From: Polyangiaceae bacterium | GTDB taxonomy: Bacteria > Myxococcota_A > Polyangia > Polyangiales > Polyangiaceae | Reading direction: 5' to 3' | Length of the DNA stretch: 64,000 nt | Assembly (NCBI GenBank): GCA_965222375.1 | Contig: CBDCTZ010000015.1 | Coordinates: 640,001 to 704,000, forward strand | Notes under the pieces: model-generated | What the model saw: the letters and a program-made list of their open reading frames with translations, nothing else | What the model was told of the DNA's origin: nothing | The model's database searches: none | Shown: positions 19,306 to 29,426 of the stretch, piece by piece | Numbering within the stretch: position 1 is the stretch's first letter | How the letters are laid out: every line of letters begins with the position of its first letter | Program-made: the position numbers and the translations under genes

Positions 19306-20619
19306 TCACCTCCGAACCCTGCCGGCGCGCTCCACCATGCGGTACAAGGTCGGGCGCGATACCTCCGCGAGCTCCGCCGCTCGGGTCATGGTGTTACGTG
19401 CACGAACCAGCAAGTGGGCAACATATTCTTTGTCGAAACGCGACACCACTTGCTCGCGAGCCTCGTGATAGGGCAACCCCAGCAGATCCAAGTCGTTCTC
19501 TGCCGGCTCGGAACGCGCATCAAAAAGGGCATCAGCGTCCCGGGCTCCAAGAAGTGCGTACCGATTCACGACGTTGCGCAGCTCCCGCACATTGCCGGGC
19601 CAATGGTACGATTCAATCAGTCGCCTCAGGTCATCAGGCACGTCGACAGTTCCATCCTGCGCAGCTTGACGCAGAAACGCTGTGGCCAAATGCAGAACAT
19701 CCTCGCGACGGTCTCGCAAGGGTGGAATCGTGACCCGCGCACCCGCAATCCGATAGTAGAGATCCTGACGAAAGTCCGCCTGATTGGTAGCATCGACTAG
19801 CGAACCATTCGTCGCCGAGATTACGCGCACATTCACGGGATGACTCTTGGAAGTTCCGATTGGCGTCACTTCTCGCTGCTCGATCGCGCGCAAGAGCTTC
19901 GGTTGTGCCTCTTTGGGCAATCTACCGATTCCGTCCAAGAAAAGGGTGCCGCCGTCTGCTGCCTCGAACATTCCAACCCTGGCAACATGTGCACCGGCAA
20001 ACGCTCCTTCCACATAGCCGAAAAGTTCAGCTTCGAGCAGCCCTTGGGGAATGGCACCACAATCCACGACGACGAAAGGACCATCACGCCTATTCGACTC
20101 CGCATGCAACGCACGCGCGATGACCTCCTTGCCTGTACCAATTTCCCCTTCGAGCAGTACCGGCATCTCCGTCGCCGCAAGCCGTTCCAGAGATGCAAAT
20201 AAGTGTCGCATTGCTGGCGACACGCCGATCGCTGAGCCGAAAGTGATCTTCTCACTGAGGTTCAACTCAGTAGCTTCGGAGCTGGGGTTCACAGAGAGCT
20301 TGCTGTTGCCGATCTGGAGCACAGTCGCCGAGGTGATTACGGCGTGGGTGACTCGAAGACCGCCGATCCACGTGCCGTTCTTGCTACCTTCGTCGCGAAC
20401 TTCGATCCCGTCGGTGGTCGGTAACAATCTCAAGTGTTCACGAGAAACCGTTGGGTCCCGGAGCGTCAGGTGTGCCTCAGCTCCACTACCCACAAGGAAC
20501 ACCGGAACCTCTATGTTCGCACGGGCGCTCGAATCCACGCCTTCGAGCACCTCTATGGTCGCAGTTCGAACGCAGGGCTTCCTCCCGGGAGCTTCGACGG
20601 TTTGGGTCGCCTCGGCCAT
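19306..20619 (-). CDS. FHA-domain sigma-54-type activator with degenerate AAA+ motifs
   Basis: FHA (DPTVSREH, SKNGT), GEIGTGKE, GAFAGA, FLDGIG and a Fis HTH. Confidence 0.88.
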   Translation of the reverse strand: MAEATQTVEAPGRKPCVRTATIEVLEGVDSSARANIEVPVFLVGSGAEAHLTLRDPTVSREHLRLLPTTDGIEVRDEGSKNGTWIGGLRVTHAVITSATVLQIGNSKLSVNPSSEATELNLSEKITFGSAIGVSPAMRHLFASLERLAATEMPVLLEGEIGTGKEVIARALHAESNRRDGPFVVVDCGAIPQGLLEAELFGYVEGAFAGAHVARVGMFEAADGGTLFLDGIGRLPKEAQPKLLRAIEQREVTPIGTSKSHPVNVRVISATNGSLVDATNQADFRQDLYYRIAGARVTIPPLRDRREDVLHLATAFLRQAAQDGTVDVPDDLRRLIESYHWPGNVRELRNVVNRYALLGARDADALFDARSEPAENDLDLLGLPYHEAREQVVSRFDKEYVAHLLVRARNTMTRAAELAEVSRPTLYRMVERAGRVRR

Positions 20620-20713
20620 GGCGGCTCGCATCGTAGCGCAAAACGATTCTTCGATGAAGTCGCGCCAACTGGATGACATGCTAGAGTGCGAATGTTTCTC
20701 TCCAACCTCGGCG

Positions 20714-22084
20714 ATGTTCGAACCGAAACCTGACACCGTCATCGACAACCGCTGGCGGCTCCTTGACCTCCTCGCCAGTGGCGGCATGGGCTCCGTGTGG
20801 AAGGGCCGCCACGAAAAGCTCGGCAGCGCAGCAGCCATCAAGTTCATGTTGCCGACGGGCGCGGCGACAGATGAAGCTCGGCGCCGGTTCGAACGGGAAG
20901 CCGTGGCAGTCGCGCAATTGAAAAGTCCCAACGTGGTGCGGGTTCTCGATCACGGCCTGGTGAAGGGTGTGCCCTATACCGTCATGGAGTTGCTCGAGGG
21001 AGAAGATCTCGCGACGCGACTGCGTCACAGGCGGCGCTTGAGCGTGTCGGAGTGTTGCGAACTATTGGAGCAAGCGTGCCAGGGCCTCTCCGAAGCACAC
21101 GCCGCTGGCATCGTGCATCGAGATCTGAAACCCGCCAACCTGTTCATCACAAAAGAGCGTGGCAAGGACCTGCTCAAGGTCCTTGATTTCGGCGTGGCCA
21201 AGGCGCTCGATGTGGACGGTGAGCAAACGAGCAGCGGCGTGATCATAGGTTCTCCGCAATACATGAGCCCGGAGCAGGCTCGCGCCCAGCCAATAGATGC
21301 GCGGTCAGACCTCTGGTCGCTGGGCGTCATTGCCTTTCGGCTATTGTCGGGAAGGCGTCTATTCGTCGGACGCGACGTCGTCGACACGATGTTGCAGATC
21401 TGTCATAGCGACATCCCCCTAGCATCGAAGCTGCCGGAGGACGTTCCTGTCTCGGTACACGAATTCTTGAAAACTGCCTTGGATCGGGATCCAAACAAGC
21501 GATTTCAAACGGCAGAGGAAATGGGCGCTGCGTTCAAGGCGTTAGGCGAGGCGCATTCGGACCACGCCCCGATCATCGAGCCAACGACGCCGAGCGCAAG
21601 CATCAGCGTGCCACCACAACGGGTTGAGCGGATTCGCACTCAGCTCGCCTCAGGCGCAGGCACCGCCAGCCTTGTGCACGAAGCAACCGACATGCCAAGT
21701 CGCTCCGTAGCAGCACGGCACGGAGCACAGCGCCGTCGCAAGTGGGTTGCCACCATGTTCATTTCAAGCGTCCTTGTGCTTGGCGTCTGGTGGGCAACCC
21801 GCGGTTCTTCCAAGGAGCACCTTCGGACAAACGTGGGCACGGAAGACGACGCGCCTCCGATCCACAAGTCCTTGCCAGGTTCTGCGGCACCACCCACAGC
21901 ACATTCGGCACCTTCTGCAGACGCAGCAGCCGAACCGCGGGTCGTTCTGGAACCACCGCCACCTGCAGCAACGGCATCTCCAACACGGAAGGTGAAGAAG
22001 AACACCGGAAAGGCGCACCCCACCAACCCCACGCCAAAGCCAAAGCCCAGCCCCCAACAAAAACACCCCATATTTGGTATATGA
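20714..22084 (+). CDS. Membrane-anchored Ser/Thr protein kinase
   Basis: GGMGSVW, AIK, HRDLKPAN, DFG and YMSPEQ, then a TM helix and Pro-rich tail. Confidence 0.95.
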   Translation: MFEPKPDTVIDNRWRLLDLLASGGMGSVWKGRHEKLGSAAAIKFMLPTGAATDEARRRFEREAVAVAQLKSPNVVRVLDHGLVKGVPYTVMELLEGEDLATRLRHRRRLSVSECCELLEQACQGLSEAHAAGIVHRDLKPANLFITKERGKDLLKVLDFGVAKALDVDGEQTSSGVIIGSPQYMSPEQARAQPIDARSDLWSLGVIAFRLLSGRRLFVGRDVVDTMLQICHSDIPLASKLPEDVPVSVHEFLKTALDRDPNKRFQTAEEMGAAFKALGEAHSDHAPIIEPTTPSASISVPPQRVERIRTQLASGAGTASLVHEATDMPSRSVAARHGAQRRRKWVATMFISSVLVLGVWWATRGSSKEHLRTNVGTEDDAPPIHKSLPGSAAPPTAHSAPSADAAAEPRVVLEPPPPAATASPTRKVKKNTGKAHPTNPTPKPKPSPQQKHPIFGI

Positions 22085-23013
22085 GTCTGATGCGCGCGCG
22101 CTGGATTCTGATTATCGCGCTCTTCGCTGCAAGCGCCGCGGGTCAGCCAGCGGACAACGCGGAAGGGCCCACGACTCACCAGGAAGTAGCCAGAATCGCA
22201 CGTGCGCAAGGCGAGTTGGGACTCCGGGCATATGAAGCCGGACGCTGGGCAGTTGCGCTAGGCCACTTCGAAAATGCCCACCGGCGCGTAGCCGCGCCGA
22301 CCTTCCTTCTATTCACTGCTAGGTGTCAGGCCAAACTCGGGCAGCTACTCCGTGCTCGCGACAGCTACCGGGGTGTTCGAGACACCAAGCTGGATGCCGA
22401 CGCACCCGAACAGTTCAGGCAAGCGGTCATTGATGCCCGCACGGAGCTGGCGGCGCTGGCAACCCGAATCCCAACCCTGCGAGTGAAGGCACCCGCCAAG
22501 GCGCGAGTCGCGATCGACGGGAGGCCCGCGGCTGCGGCGTTGTCAGAGGGCATTCAGTTGGATCCTGGTCCCCATGAGATTGTTGTGACCCTTCCCGGCG
22601 GCGAGACGCGCCGCGAGCGGACAACGCTATCAGAAGGCGCAAACGCCATCGTGGACGCGACGTCGGCAGTCCGCGGAGCATCGAGGAACGTTCAACCGAA
22701 GCGGAAAAAGCAAGGAGTTGGTGCTGCACCGTTGGTTGCCTTTGGCGTTGGTGCTGCGGGGCTCGTCGTCGGAGCGGTGGCGGGTGCCGTCGCGTGGGGG
22801 CAGGCCGAGGATGTGAAGGATCAGTGCAAGGGCAAGACTTGCCCAGTTGGCGTCAAAGACGACGCAGAACAAGCGAACCGAATCGCCTTGGCGTCTACGA
22901 TAGGTTTCGTCATCTTCGGTGTGGCTACAGCGACCGGCACCGTGCTGTTGACCATCGAGCCGAGCAACAGCACCACTGGCGCGCACCGTCTCACACTAGG
23001 CGGCGTCTTCTGA
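22081..23013 (+). CDS. Exported TPR/PEGA-like protein
   Basis: Signal peptide, TPR-like helices, LDPGPHEI and a Gly-rich hydrophobic C-terminus. ATGA overlap with the kinase. Confidence 0.85.
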   Translation: MSLMRARWILIIALFAASAAGQPADNAEGPTTHQEVARIARAQGELGLRAYEAGRWAVALGHFENAHRRVAAPTFLLFTARCQAKLGQLLRARDSYRGVRDTKLDADAPEQFRQAVIDARTELAALATRIPTLRVKAPAKARVAIDGRPAAAALSEGIQLDPGPHEIVVTLPGGETRRERTTLSEGANAIVDATSAVRGASRNVQPKRKKQGVGAAPLVAFGVGAAGLVVGAVAGAVAWGQAEDVKDQCKGKTCPVGVKDDAEQANRIALASTIGFVIFGVATATGTVLLTIEPSNSTTGAHRLTLGGVF

Positions 23014-23093
23014 GCGAAGTCGACCGAAAACGAATGCAGAATTGCGATGCTCGAGGTGGCGCAGCGCCCAGCGTTTGGGAAGCACCAGACGGG

Positions 23094-23309
23094 CTATGAG
23101 CACTCGCACTTCCCTGTCGCATAGTTGCCGCGGAAGTAGGCGCCCTCCTTGCTGCAACAGTGCTCGCAGTCGTTCTTCGCCGGTGAGCCAGGCGGCACGT
23201 TGGCGTTCCCGTTGACGTTTTTGCCTTTGCACGCTTTGGTGGCTGCGCTCTCGCAACCGATTGAGAGGGTTGTCGCCAGAATAGCTAGAAGAGTTGCACT
23301 TACACGCAT
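23094..23309 (-). CDS. Small Cys-rich lipoprotein
   Basis: SIGC lipobox and CEHCC...GKCEC. TACAGT lies 6 nt upstream of the ATG. Confidence 0.7.
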   Translation of the reverse strand: MRVSATLLAILATTLSIGCESAATKACKGKNVNGNANVPPGSPAKNDCEHCCSKEGAYFRGNYATGKCECS

Positions 23310-23567
23310 ACTCACACTGTACCTGTGCCCGCTTCGGCGTTCAACGGCGACTACAGAATCTTATCCACGCGTTAATCTTCGACGCGCAGTAGCGACTACT
23401 ACGTAACGGTGACGTTACTCCTTCACCATCAACTTTGCGCTTTCTCTCTCATCGACTGTAACGCGTGCATTCCAACTTGCTACACTGACTTTACAGCGGT
23501 GGTGGCATCGCACCGAAAGACGTAGTGTTCTTGCCGCTCGAACCATTGGTGTAAGCGTGCTAGTTCC

Positions 23568-25352
23568 GTGAACATGCCAAGCTACGGGACGCGAACAATT
23601 CATCCATTGCTACTACTGGTGTCGATTGTCGGAGCGTGTGGAAGCGACGCCGACGATGTTGATGGCAAAGCAGGGAGCGGCGGTGGCGCAAACATCGACG
23701 GCGGAGCGGGCGTTGGCGGTGTTGCAGGTGGTGGCGGTGCGGACGCAGGCACTGCTGCAGATGCCGATGCTGGTTCGCCCGACGCGGCGGGCGGCCACAA
23801 TTTTTCGACCAGCGCTCTAGGGATCCCAGCGCCTCCGTTCGGGATCGACGAAGTCCCTGAGATGTACAAGGGGCAGCCGGGATTTTCCAACGCTGGAGGC
23901 GGTCCCTACACCCACTACGTGGACAACTCGAAGCCCTGCGACGATTCCGGAAATGGAACCGAAGCGAACCCACGATGCACGATTCCCGCCGTGATTCCGG
24001 CCAAGAGCGTCGTGGAAGTGCATGGTGGGCCCTACGTACTGTCCAAGAAGGCCACAATGTTCACGTTTGCTGGGTCCGCCGCTGAGCCGGCATTCTTGCG
24101 GGCGGTGGGTTCAGTTATTTTCGACAGTGAGGGCGAACGGTTCAACGTTGAGTTCAGAGGATCCTACGGGATCGTCGACGGTTTCAAAGCCATCGGCGGA
24201 GCCACATTCCGGTTGGGCGACGCCGCATCCCATCATATGTCACTGAGGAATTCCGAAGTCGACTACGGGGATGGCAACTGCTTGGCCATCAGGGGCAAGT
24301 ACATGGTCGCCTACCGAAACCTGCTCCAGCACTGCCACCGGGGCAACGGATTCGATGCCCATGGATGCAACATCTTGGGAGGAACCGCCAACATTTGGGT
24401 CTTAGAAAACACGTCCCAATACAACTTTGGCAACGGCGTAATGTGGGGACATGGGGCGTCAACAGCGCGGCCCACGAACATCTTCATCGGGAGCAACCAA
24501 TTCGTCGGGAACCGTGAGTCCGGAGTGGCATCCAAGTTCGGCGGCAAGGACGTGATTTCCGGCAACGTGATCAGCCTCACCAAGGGATGCCAGGTCGGCA
24601 TAGACTGGTGTGCCGCAGACGGCAGCTATTGCGAAAAACCGACCGAGAGCTGCAGCAACGGACCGGGAATCGTTACAGGAGCCGATGGCGAACCCGAGCA
24701 GGAGTGGGTGATGTGGAACGTCATCCACGACTCGGCACACTGTATCCGACTCGAAGAAGCCGGTATCGCCTACTACATCGGCAACATCTGCTTCGACATC
24801 GATGGTCCGGCCATCCGCTTCGAGAAGCGAGGGCACGGGACCGTGCTTGCGCACAACACCTGGTTCGACACGAACCAAGACAGTACGGGTGCGATGGTGT
24901 TGCAAGACTGGCGTGACAAGTTCACCAATATGCGAATTCATAACAACGTATTCGACACCACCGGCAACCATCTGCTCTGGTTCGAAGATCTGAGCGGCAG
25001 TGGCGTCGTGGGGACGATGCAATGGAACTCGAACATTCACTACAATGGCGGTGCTAACTTCACGATCGATTGGAAGGGAAGCAAAACGATCTCCAACTTG
25101 TCGGATCTATCCACTCAGATGGCAGGCAAAGTTTCGACGTTTACTGGCAACATCGTGGGTGATCCGAAGTTCGTGAATCGTTCGAAACCAGACTTCGCCT
25201 TGGCGCCAAACTCACCAGCTATTGGGGCTGCCACCAGCATTCTCAAGGACCTCGACGCAATCTATAAGGCCGAGTTCGGCAACAACCTCACGATCATCCC
25301 AAACTGCTGGAGCGACGGCAACTACGATATCGGTGCTATCTGTGCTGACTAG
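23568..25352 (+). CDS. Right-handed parallel beta-helix (pectate-lyase-like fold) lipoprotein
   Basis: VGAC lipobox, Asn-ladder repeats, GNGTEANPRCTIP and DPKFVN...DFALAPNSPAIGA, ending in DIGA. Confidence 0.8.
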   Translation: MNMPSYGTRTIHPLLLLVSIVGACGSDADDVDGKAGSGGGANIDGGAGVGGVAGGGGADAGTAADADAGSPDAAGGHNFSTSALGIPAPPFGIDEVPEMYKGQPGFSNAGGGPYTHYVDNSKPCDDSGNGTEANPRCTIPAVIPAKSVVEVHGGPYVLSKKATMFTFAGSAAEPAFLRAVGSVIFDSEGERFNVEFRGSYGIVDGFKAIGGATFRLGDAASHHMSLRNSEVDYGDGNCLAIRGKYMVAYRNLLQHCHRGNGFDAHGCNILGGTANIWVLENTSQYNFGNGVMWGHGASTARPTNIFIGSNQFVGNRESGVASKFGGKDVISGNVISLTKGCQVGIDWCAADGSYCEKPTESCSNGPGIVTGADGEPEQEWVMWNVIHDSAHCIRLEEAGIAYYIGNICFDIDGPAIRFEKRGHGTVLAHNTWFDTNQDSTGAMVLQDWRDKFTNMRIHNNVFDTTGNHLLWFEDLSGSGVVGTMQWNSNIHYNGGANFTIDWKGSKTISNLSDLSTQMAGKVSTFTGNIVGDPKFVNRSKPDFALAPNSPAIGAATSILKDLDAIYKAEFGNNLTIIPNCWSDGNYDIGAICAD

Positions 25353-25486
25353 TCAGCGCTCGAAGAAACAACTGGAACGTCCCGAACCCGATTCCAACAT
25401 TGTTCTAAAGCGGAGCACAGACTCGCACCCTTGTCGCGCTTGGTCGCGGCGCGCTCATTCAGATCGAGGCCGAAGCGCGGCGCGGG

Positions 25487-26116
25487 CTACTTCTGGGGCG
25501 TAACGAAGAACGTCCAGGGCTTGCCGGACGCGAAGCTGCTGGTGCCCACCTCGACCCACTTGCCCTGCTGGTCTTCGAGCAACTGTCGGGCCTTGCCCGA
25601 AGGGTCGGACAACTTGCCGTGAGCGTAGATGAAACTGGCGCCGGTCTTGCCAGCGCCGTCCGGACATTTGGCCTCGTTGTGGGATGAAGTGACCGTTCCC
25701 AGAGTGAAGAACTTGGCAAACTCGCAGTTCGAGCACGGCGGCAGGTCCTTGTAGTCATCGAGGGCGTACTTGATCTCGCACTCCGTTCCGGCAACTGACT
25801 TGGCGTAGGTGTACGAACCGGTGCCTTTGGTCACGTCGATGCTGCCCAGCCACAAATCGTAGTCGCCTTTGCCTCCGCCTGCTCCGGCCTTGCCACCAAC
25901 GCCCTTGCCGCCGGTGCCTTTGCCACCGACACCCTTACCGCCAGCGCCGCCCGTCGCGCCGCCCGCGCCGCCGCTCGCAGAACCATCCACACACCACCAG
26001 CAGCCGCCATCGGGCACCGGACTGCCACCGGGTTCGTCCTCGTTGGGCTCTGCGTCACCGCAGGCTACACCGAACACCAAGACCACGAGCAGCGACGAGC
26101 CGCGCATCCTCCGCAT
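25487..26116 (-). CDS. Gly-rich lipoprotein, third gene of the DUF1592-DUF1552 operon
   Basis: GVAC lipobox. The ATG overlaps the upstream TAA (TAATG). Confidence 0.8.
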   Translation of the reverse strand: MRRMRGSSLLVVLVFGVACGDAEPNEDEPGGSPVPDGGCWWCVDGSASGGAGGATGGAGGKGVGGKGTGGKGVGGKAGAGGGKGDYDLWLGSIDVTKGTGSYTYAKSVAGTECEIKYALDDYKDLPPCSNCEFAKFFTLGTVTSSHNEAKCPDGAGKTGASFIYAHGKLSDPSGKARQLLEDQQGKWVEVGTSSFASGKPWTFFVTPQK

Positions 26117-27519
26117 TATGTCAGCTCCGGTACGGGCCCGTCGCATTTCACCAACTCCCCGCTTTGTCCCTGAACGTGTTCGAGCCCCACATGATCGATC
26201 GAAAGGCCCATGGCCTGCGCCGCGCTGACCAACAAATGCTGATGGGGCATACCGGAGACCTGAGAGTAACCGCTTGGATCCACGGAAGCTGGGACCAGCA
26301 TTTGCACCGGTGTTTCGTGGGGCCAGTGTAGGTAGCGGCCCGTGCGGAAATGCCAGGAGCCGCCGATGATCACCGGGTTGTAGTGGCGATAGCCATGCCA
26401 GCCGTCGGCCAGCTCCGAGCCCCACACAATCAGCGTGTTGTCCATCACGCTGCCGCCGTCGGTGTCGGGCAACCCCTCGAGCACAGATACCAAGCGTGCG
26501 ACCTGCCCTGAATGCAGCGCAACGTAGTCGGTCATGGCCTGGTGCTTCTGCGGGTCGTTGTAGATGTCGTGGGCCAATCCCTTGTGTACGTCGTCGGTCA
26601 AGTGGTCCCAGCCGAAGTCCGACGTCGGCATTTCGCCCAAGGAAAGAGAGACCACGCGAGTGACGTCGCAACTCAGCGCGGCGCCGATCAGTTCCGAGAA
26701 CGCGTCGAAGCGCTCGTTGTAGTTCGCCAGCGAGTCCTTGCGCTCGGGCACGGGATCGCAAGACAAGCTGGCCATGCCCTCGATGCGATCCCCTAGCCGA
26801 CGCACCAATTCATAGTGGGCGTCGAGGCGCTCGCGTCCGCGCTTGTCGACTTTGGACGCCATGGCCTTGTGTTCGGCGTAGGCGTAATCGAGCACACCGC
26901 GCTGCCGCGCCGCCAGGGGGCTCGGCGCCACAGATGGGCCGAACAGGCGTTGCCACAAACGCGCCGGCGAACTCTCGACGGGCAGCCGCGCTCCGCTGAC
27001 ATTGTAGCTGATGGGACGCCCCGACTCGCGCACGTCATCGACGGAGATCTCCAAAGATGGCAGACGATCCGAACGCGCCACCTTCGCGGCAACCAACTGA
27101 TCCAAAGATGCCGATTGCGCCCGCGTATCCGTGCTGCTGAAGTCCGCATAATTGCCCGTCCAAGCGTGCACCCACCCCGTGTCGTGGCGATTGCCGTCGC
27201 TATCGAGCTCTGCAGTCGCCAGCGAAAGACCATCCAGCGCTAGCATGCGCTTGCGGTGGGCGTAGAGCGGCGCAAGGGCTGCGCTGAAGTCAGCGGCAGA
27301 GAGCGCTGACAGGTCCCGCTCCCAGGTCTCTCCCTCGCTCGTGCCCGAGGGGCGCATCTTCCACGAATCGTGGGGCCAGCCGTGACAGTGCGAGATGATG
27401 ATCAAGCGCTTGGGCGGTCCCTCGCCTGGCTCGGCCATGGACATGCGCAGGCCCAAGCTCGAAAGGCCTGTCGCGGCCCCGGCAAGACCCAACCCCTGCA
27501 GGAAGCGTCGCCGGTCCAT
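26116..27519 (-). CDS. DUF1552 family protein, Tat-exported
   Basis: MDRRRFLQGLG Tat motif, ALSCDVTRV and DGGSVMDNTLIVWGSE. TGATG coupling to the upstream gene. Confidence 0.9.
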   Translation of the reverse strand: MDRRRFLQGLGLAGAATGLSSLGLRMSMAEPGEGPPKRLIIISHCHGWPHDSWKMRPSGTSEGETWERDLSALSAADFSAALAPLYAHRKRMLALDGLSLATAELDSDGNRHDTGWVHAWTGNYADFSSTDTRAQSASLDQLVAAKVARSDRLPSLEISVDDVRESGRPISYNVSGARLPVESSPARLWQRLFGPSVAPSPLAARQRGVLDYAYAEHKAMASKVDKRGRERLDAHYELVRRLGDRIEGMASLSCDPVPERKDSLANYNERFDAFSELIGAALSCDVTRVVSLSLGEMPTSDFGWDHLTDDVHKGLAHDIYNDPQKHQAMTDYVALHSGQVARLVSVLEGLPDTDGGSVMDNTLIVWGSELADGWHGYRHYNPVIIGGSWHFRTGRYLHWPHETPVQMLVPASVDPSGYSQVSGMPHQHLLVSAAQAMGLSIDHVGLEHVQGQSGELVKCDGPVPELT

Positions 27520-29426
27520 CACTTGCCCCCGACCCGGCGAAAGCGGAACACATCGCTCTTGGCGATGGCGACGAGTAGCTCTTTGACGTGATCGCTCTTG
27601 CGAAAGTCGGCTTGCAGCTCCAAAACCGACGCGTCGCCGGGCGGGATCTGAACGCCGGTGGCGTAGCGCGTCCAACGCAGCACGTAGCAATCTTGAACTG
27701 CGCGGCTCTTGCCCAGCTGCCGCGACAGGTCGACGCCGTCTTTGAAGGTGAACTCTTCGCCACTGGCCAACTTGAAGCTGCCACTGGCGTCCACGGGCTT
27801 GCCGTTGTCCTGAGCTCGCCAGCGCCCCATGGCGTCGTAGTGTTCGAAGGCAAAGCCCGGCGGGTTGAGCACCCCGTGGCACCCCCGGCACAGGGGGGCG
27901 TCGGTGGCGTCTTCCGTACGAATGCGATTCGTGCTCTCCGCTTCGGAGGTATCCGGTGGTTGGAACACCTCTACGCCGGGGGGCGGAGTGCCAAACACTT
28001 CGCAGGCCAAGCGCACCAGGATGCGTTTACCTCGCTGCACAGGCGCGGGGTGCACGGCGTAGGAACCCAGAGCCAGCACTGAAGGCAGGGTAAGAACACC
28101 CGCGCGTTGTTCTACTGGAAACTCCGCCGGCTGCAGCAGCACGCTGGACTTGTTGCCAATAGACGACGAAACGATGCCGTAGTTCCAGGTCACCATGGGG
28201 CCTCCAAGGACCTTCGCGTCGGTACCGTAGAGTGGCGCGGTCACCCCGGACATGTAGCCGTGGTTGTCAGTAAACAACGCTTCGAGGGTGCCTGCGCCGT
28301 CGAACACCGTGCGTTCCACAAACAGCTTCGTCTCCGCCTCCATGGAGTGCCGCACCGGTCCGAGCACGGAGGGCCACTGTCCGTCACCCGTCGTGTCCAA
28401 CGGCGGCTGAGGCGCCAGGCCATACAGCGGCCCGTACTCGCGGCGAGCAGGTGAAATCCCATGGATGCCTTTGGTGCCCAGCCACTGCTCGTGGAAGTGC
28501 ACCACAGCCGCTCGGGCTCGGGGGTCTTCGAGCATGCGGCGCGCCTGGGCTTCGACGCCCGCCGCCGTGGAGAGCTTTCCCCGCGCTGCTGCGTCGAACA
28601 AGGCCGGAGCGGGCATGCTGTCCCACAAGAAGTAGGAAAGCCGAGACGCCATCTGCCAACCGTCGAGGGGCACCTCGACGTTCTTGGTCGCCGGCGCGTG
28701 CTCGAGCCGGAACACGAACCCCGGAGCTTGCAACACCCCCGCGACAGTCAGTGCGACTGCTTCGTCGGCTGCGCCGGCCTGCCAGTTGTCCTCCCAGAAC
28801 TTACGTAGACGTTCCCTCTCTTCATCCGCGATCGGTCGCCTCCACGCGCGCTGCGTGAACCGCTCGATGCTCTTCCAAGCGCAAGCTTCTTGTTCGCCTT
28901 TGGAAAGGGTGTCCCAAAGGCTGCATGTGAAGAACACCGGCGACACCAACGCGAATGGGGCAAAATGGATCGCCGCCTTCTGCAATTGCTCGACGGAGTA
29001 CGGCGACGGCTCCTGACCGTCCGCGATGCCCTCGAACTCTTCAACACCAGTCTCATCCGGGAAAATCCAGGGCCAAGGCGGAGCTGCGATGGGATCCGAG
29101 CCGAACACCCCCTTGGTCTCGCCTTGCTTGGGCGAGAGCTTTTCGGCAACGGGGTGCGGCAGCGGCCACGCCGCGGGCTCGAGAGGCATCGCCAGTAGAT
29201 CCCGAATCGAGTTGTTGTACTCGGTTGGTGTCAGCGCCAATTGCGGGGTCTGCTGCAGCGCTTTCGGCTGCGGCACGGTCTGCGCCTCGCAGCCCGCGCT
29301 GCCAGCGCCCACGCAAAGCGCCAAAGACAAGACGGCCCTGCCAGGGAGCCATCCGCGGCGCTTCCAGGGCTCGTCTATGACGCGGTGCGGCTTCGCGGGT
29401 GGGGTCACTGAACGCACAGCAGCCAC
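27519..29426 (-). CDS. DUF1587/1595/1592/1588/1585 domain protein
   Basis: LTPTEYNNSIRDLL, RAWRRP, ASRLSYFLWDSMP, RAGVLT, PVQRG, CRGCH and GFAFEHYDAMGRWR. The start is uncertain. Confidence 0.92.
   Translation of the reverse strand: MAAVRSVTPPAKPHRVIDEPWKRRGWLPGRAVLSLALCVGAGSAGCEAQTVPQPKALQQTPQLALTPTEYNNSIRDLLAMPLEPAAWPLPHPVAEKLSPKQGETKGVFGSDPIAAPPWPWIFPDETGVEEFEGIADGQEPSPYSVEQLQKAAIHFAPFALVSPVFFTCSLWDTLSKGEQEACAWKSIERFTQRAWRRPIADEERERLRKFWEDNWQAGAADEAVALTVAGVLQAPGFVFRLEHAPATKNVEVPLDGWQMASRLSYFLWDSMPAPALFDAAARGKLSTAAGVEAQARRMLEDPRARAAVVHFHEQWLGTKGIHGISPARREYGPLYGLAPQPPLDTTGDGQWPSVLGPVRHSMEAETKLFVERTVFDGAGTLEALFTDNHGYMSGVTAPLYGTDAKVLGGPMVTWNYGIVSSSIGNKSSVLLQPAEFPVEQRAGVLTLPSVLALGSYAVHPAPVQRGKRILVRLACEVFGTPPPGVEVFQPPDTSEAESTNRIRTEDATDAPLCRGCHGVLNPPGFAFEHYDAMGRWRAQDNGKPVDASGSFKLASGEEFTFKDGVDLSRQLGKSRAVQDCYVLRWTRYATGVQIPPGDASVLELQADFRKSDHVKELLVAIAKSDVFRFRRVGGK

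Noticed and set aside
20051..20931. Long N-terminal extensions of the kinase (20051) and FHA regulator (20931) in the ORF track
   Set aside because: They overlap the opposite gene. Domain boundaries support starts at 20714 and 20619.
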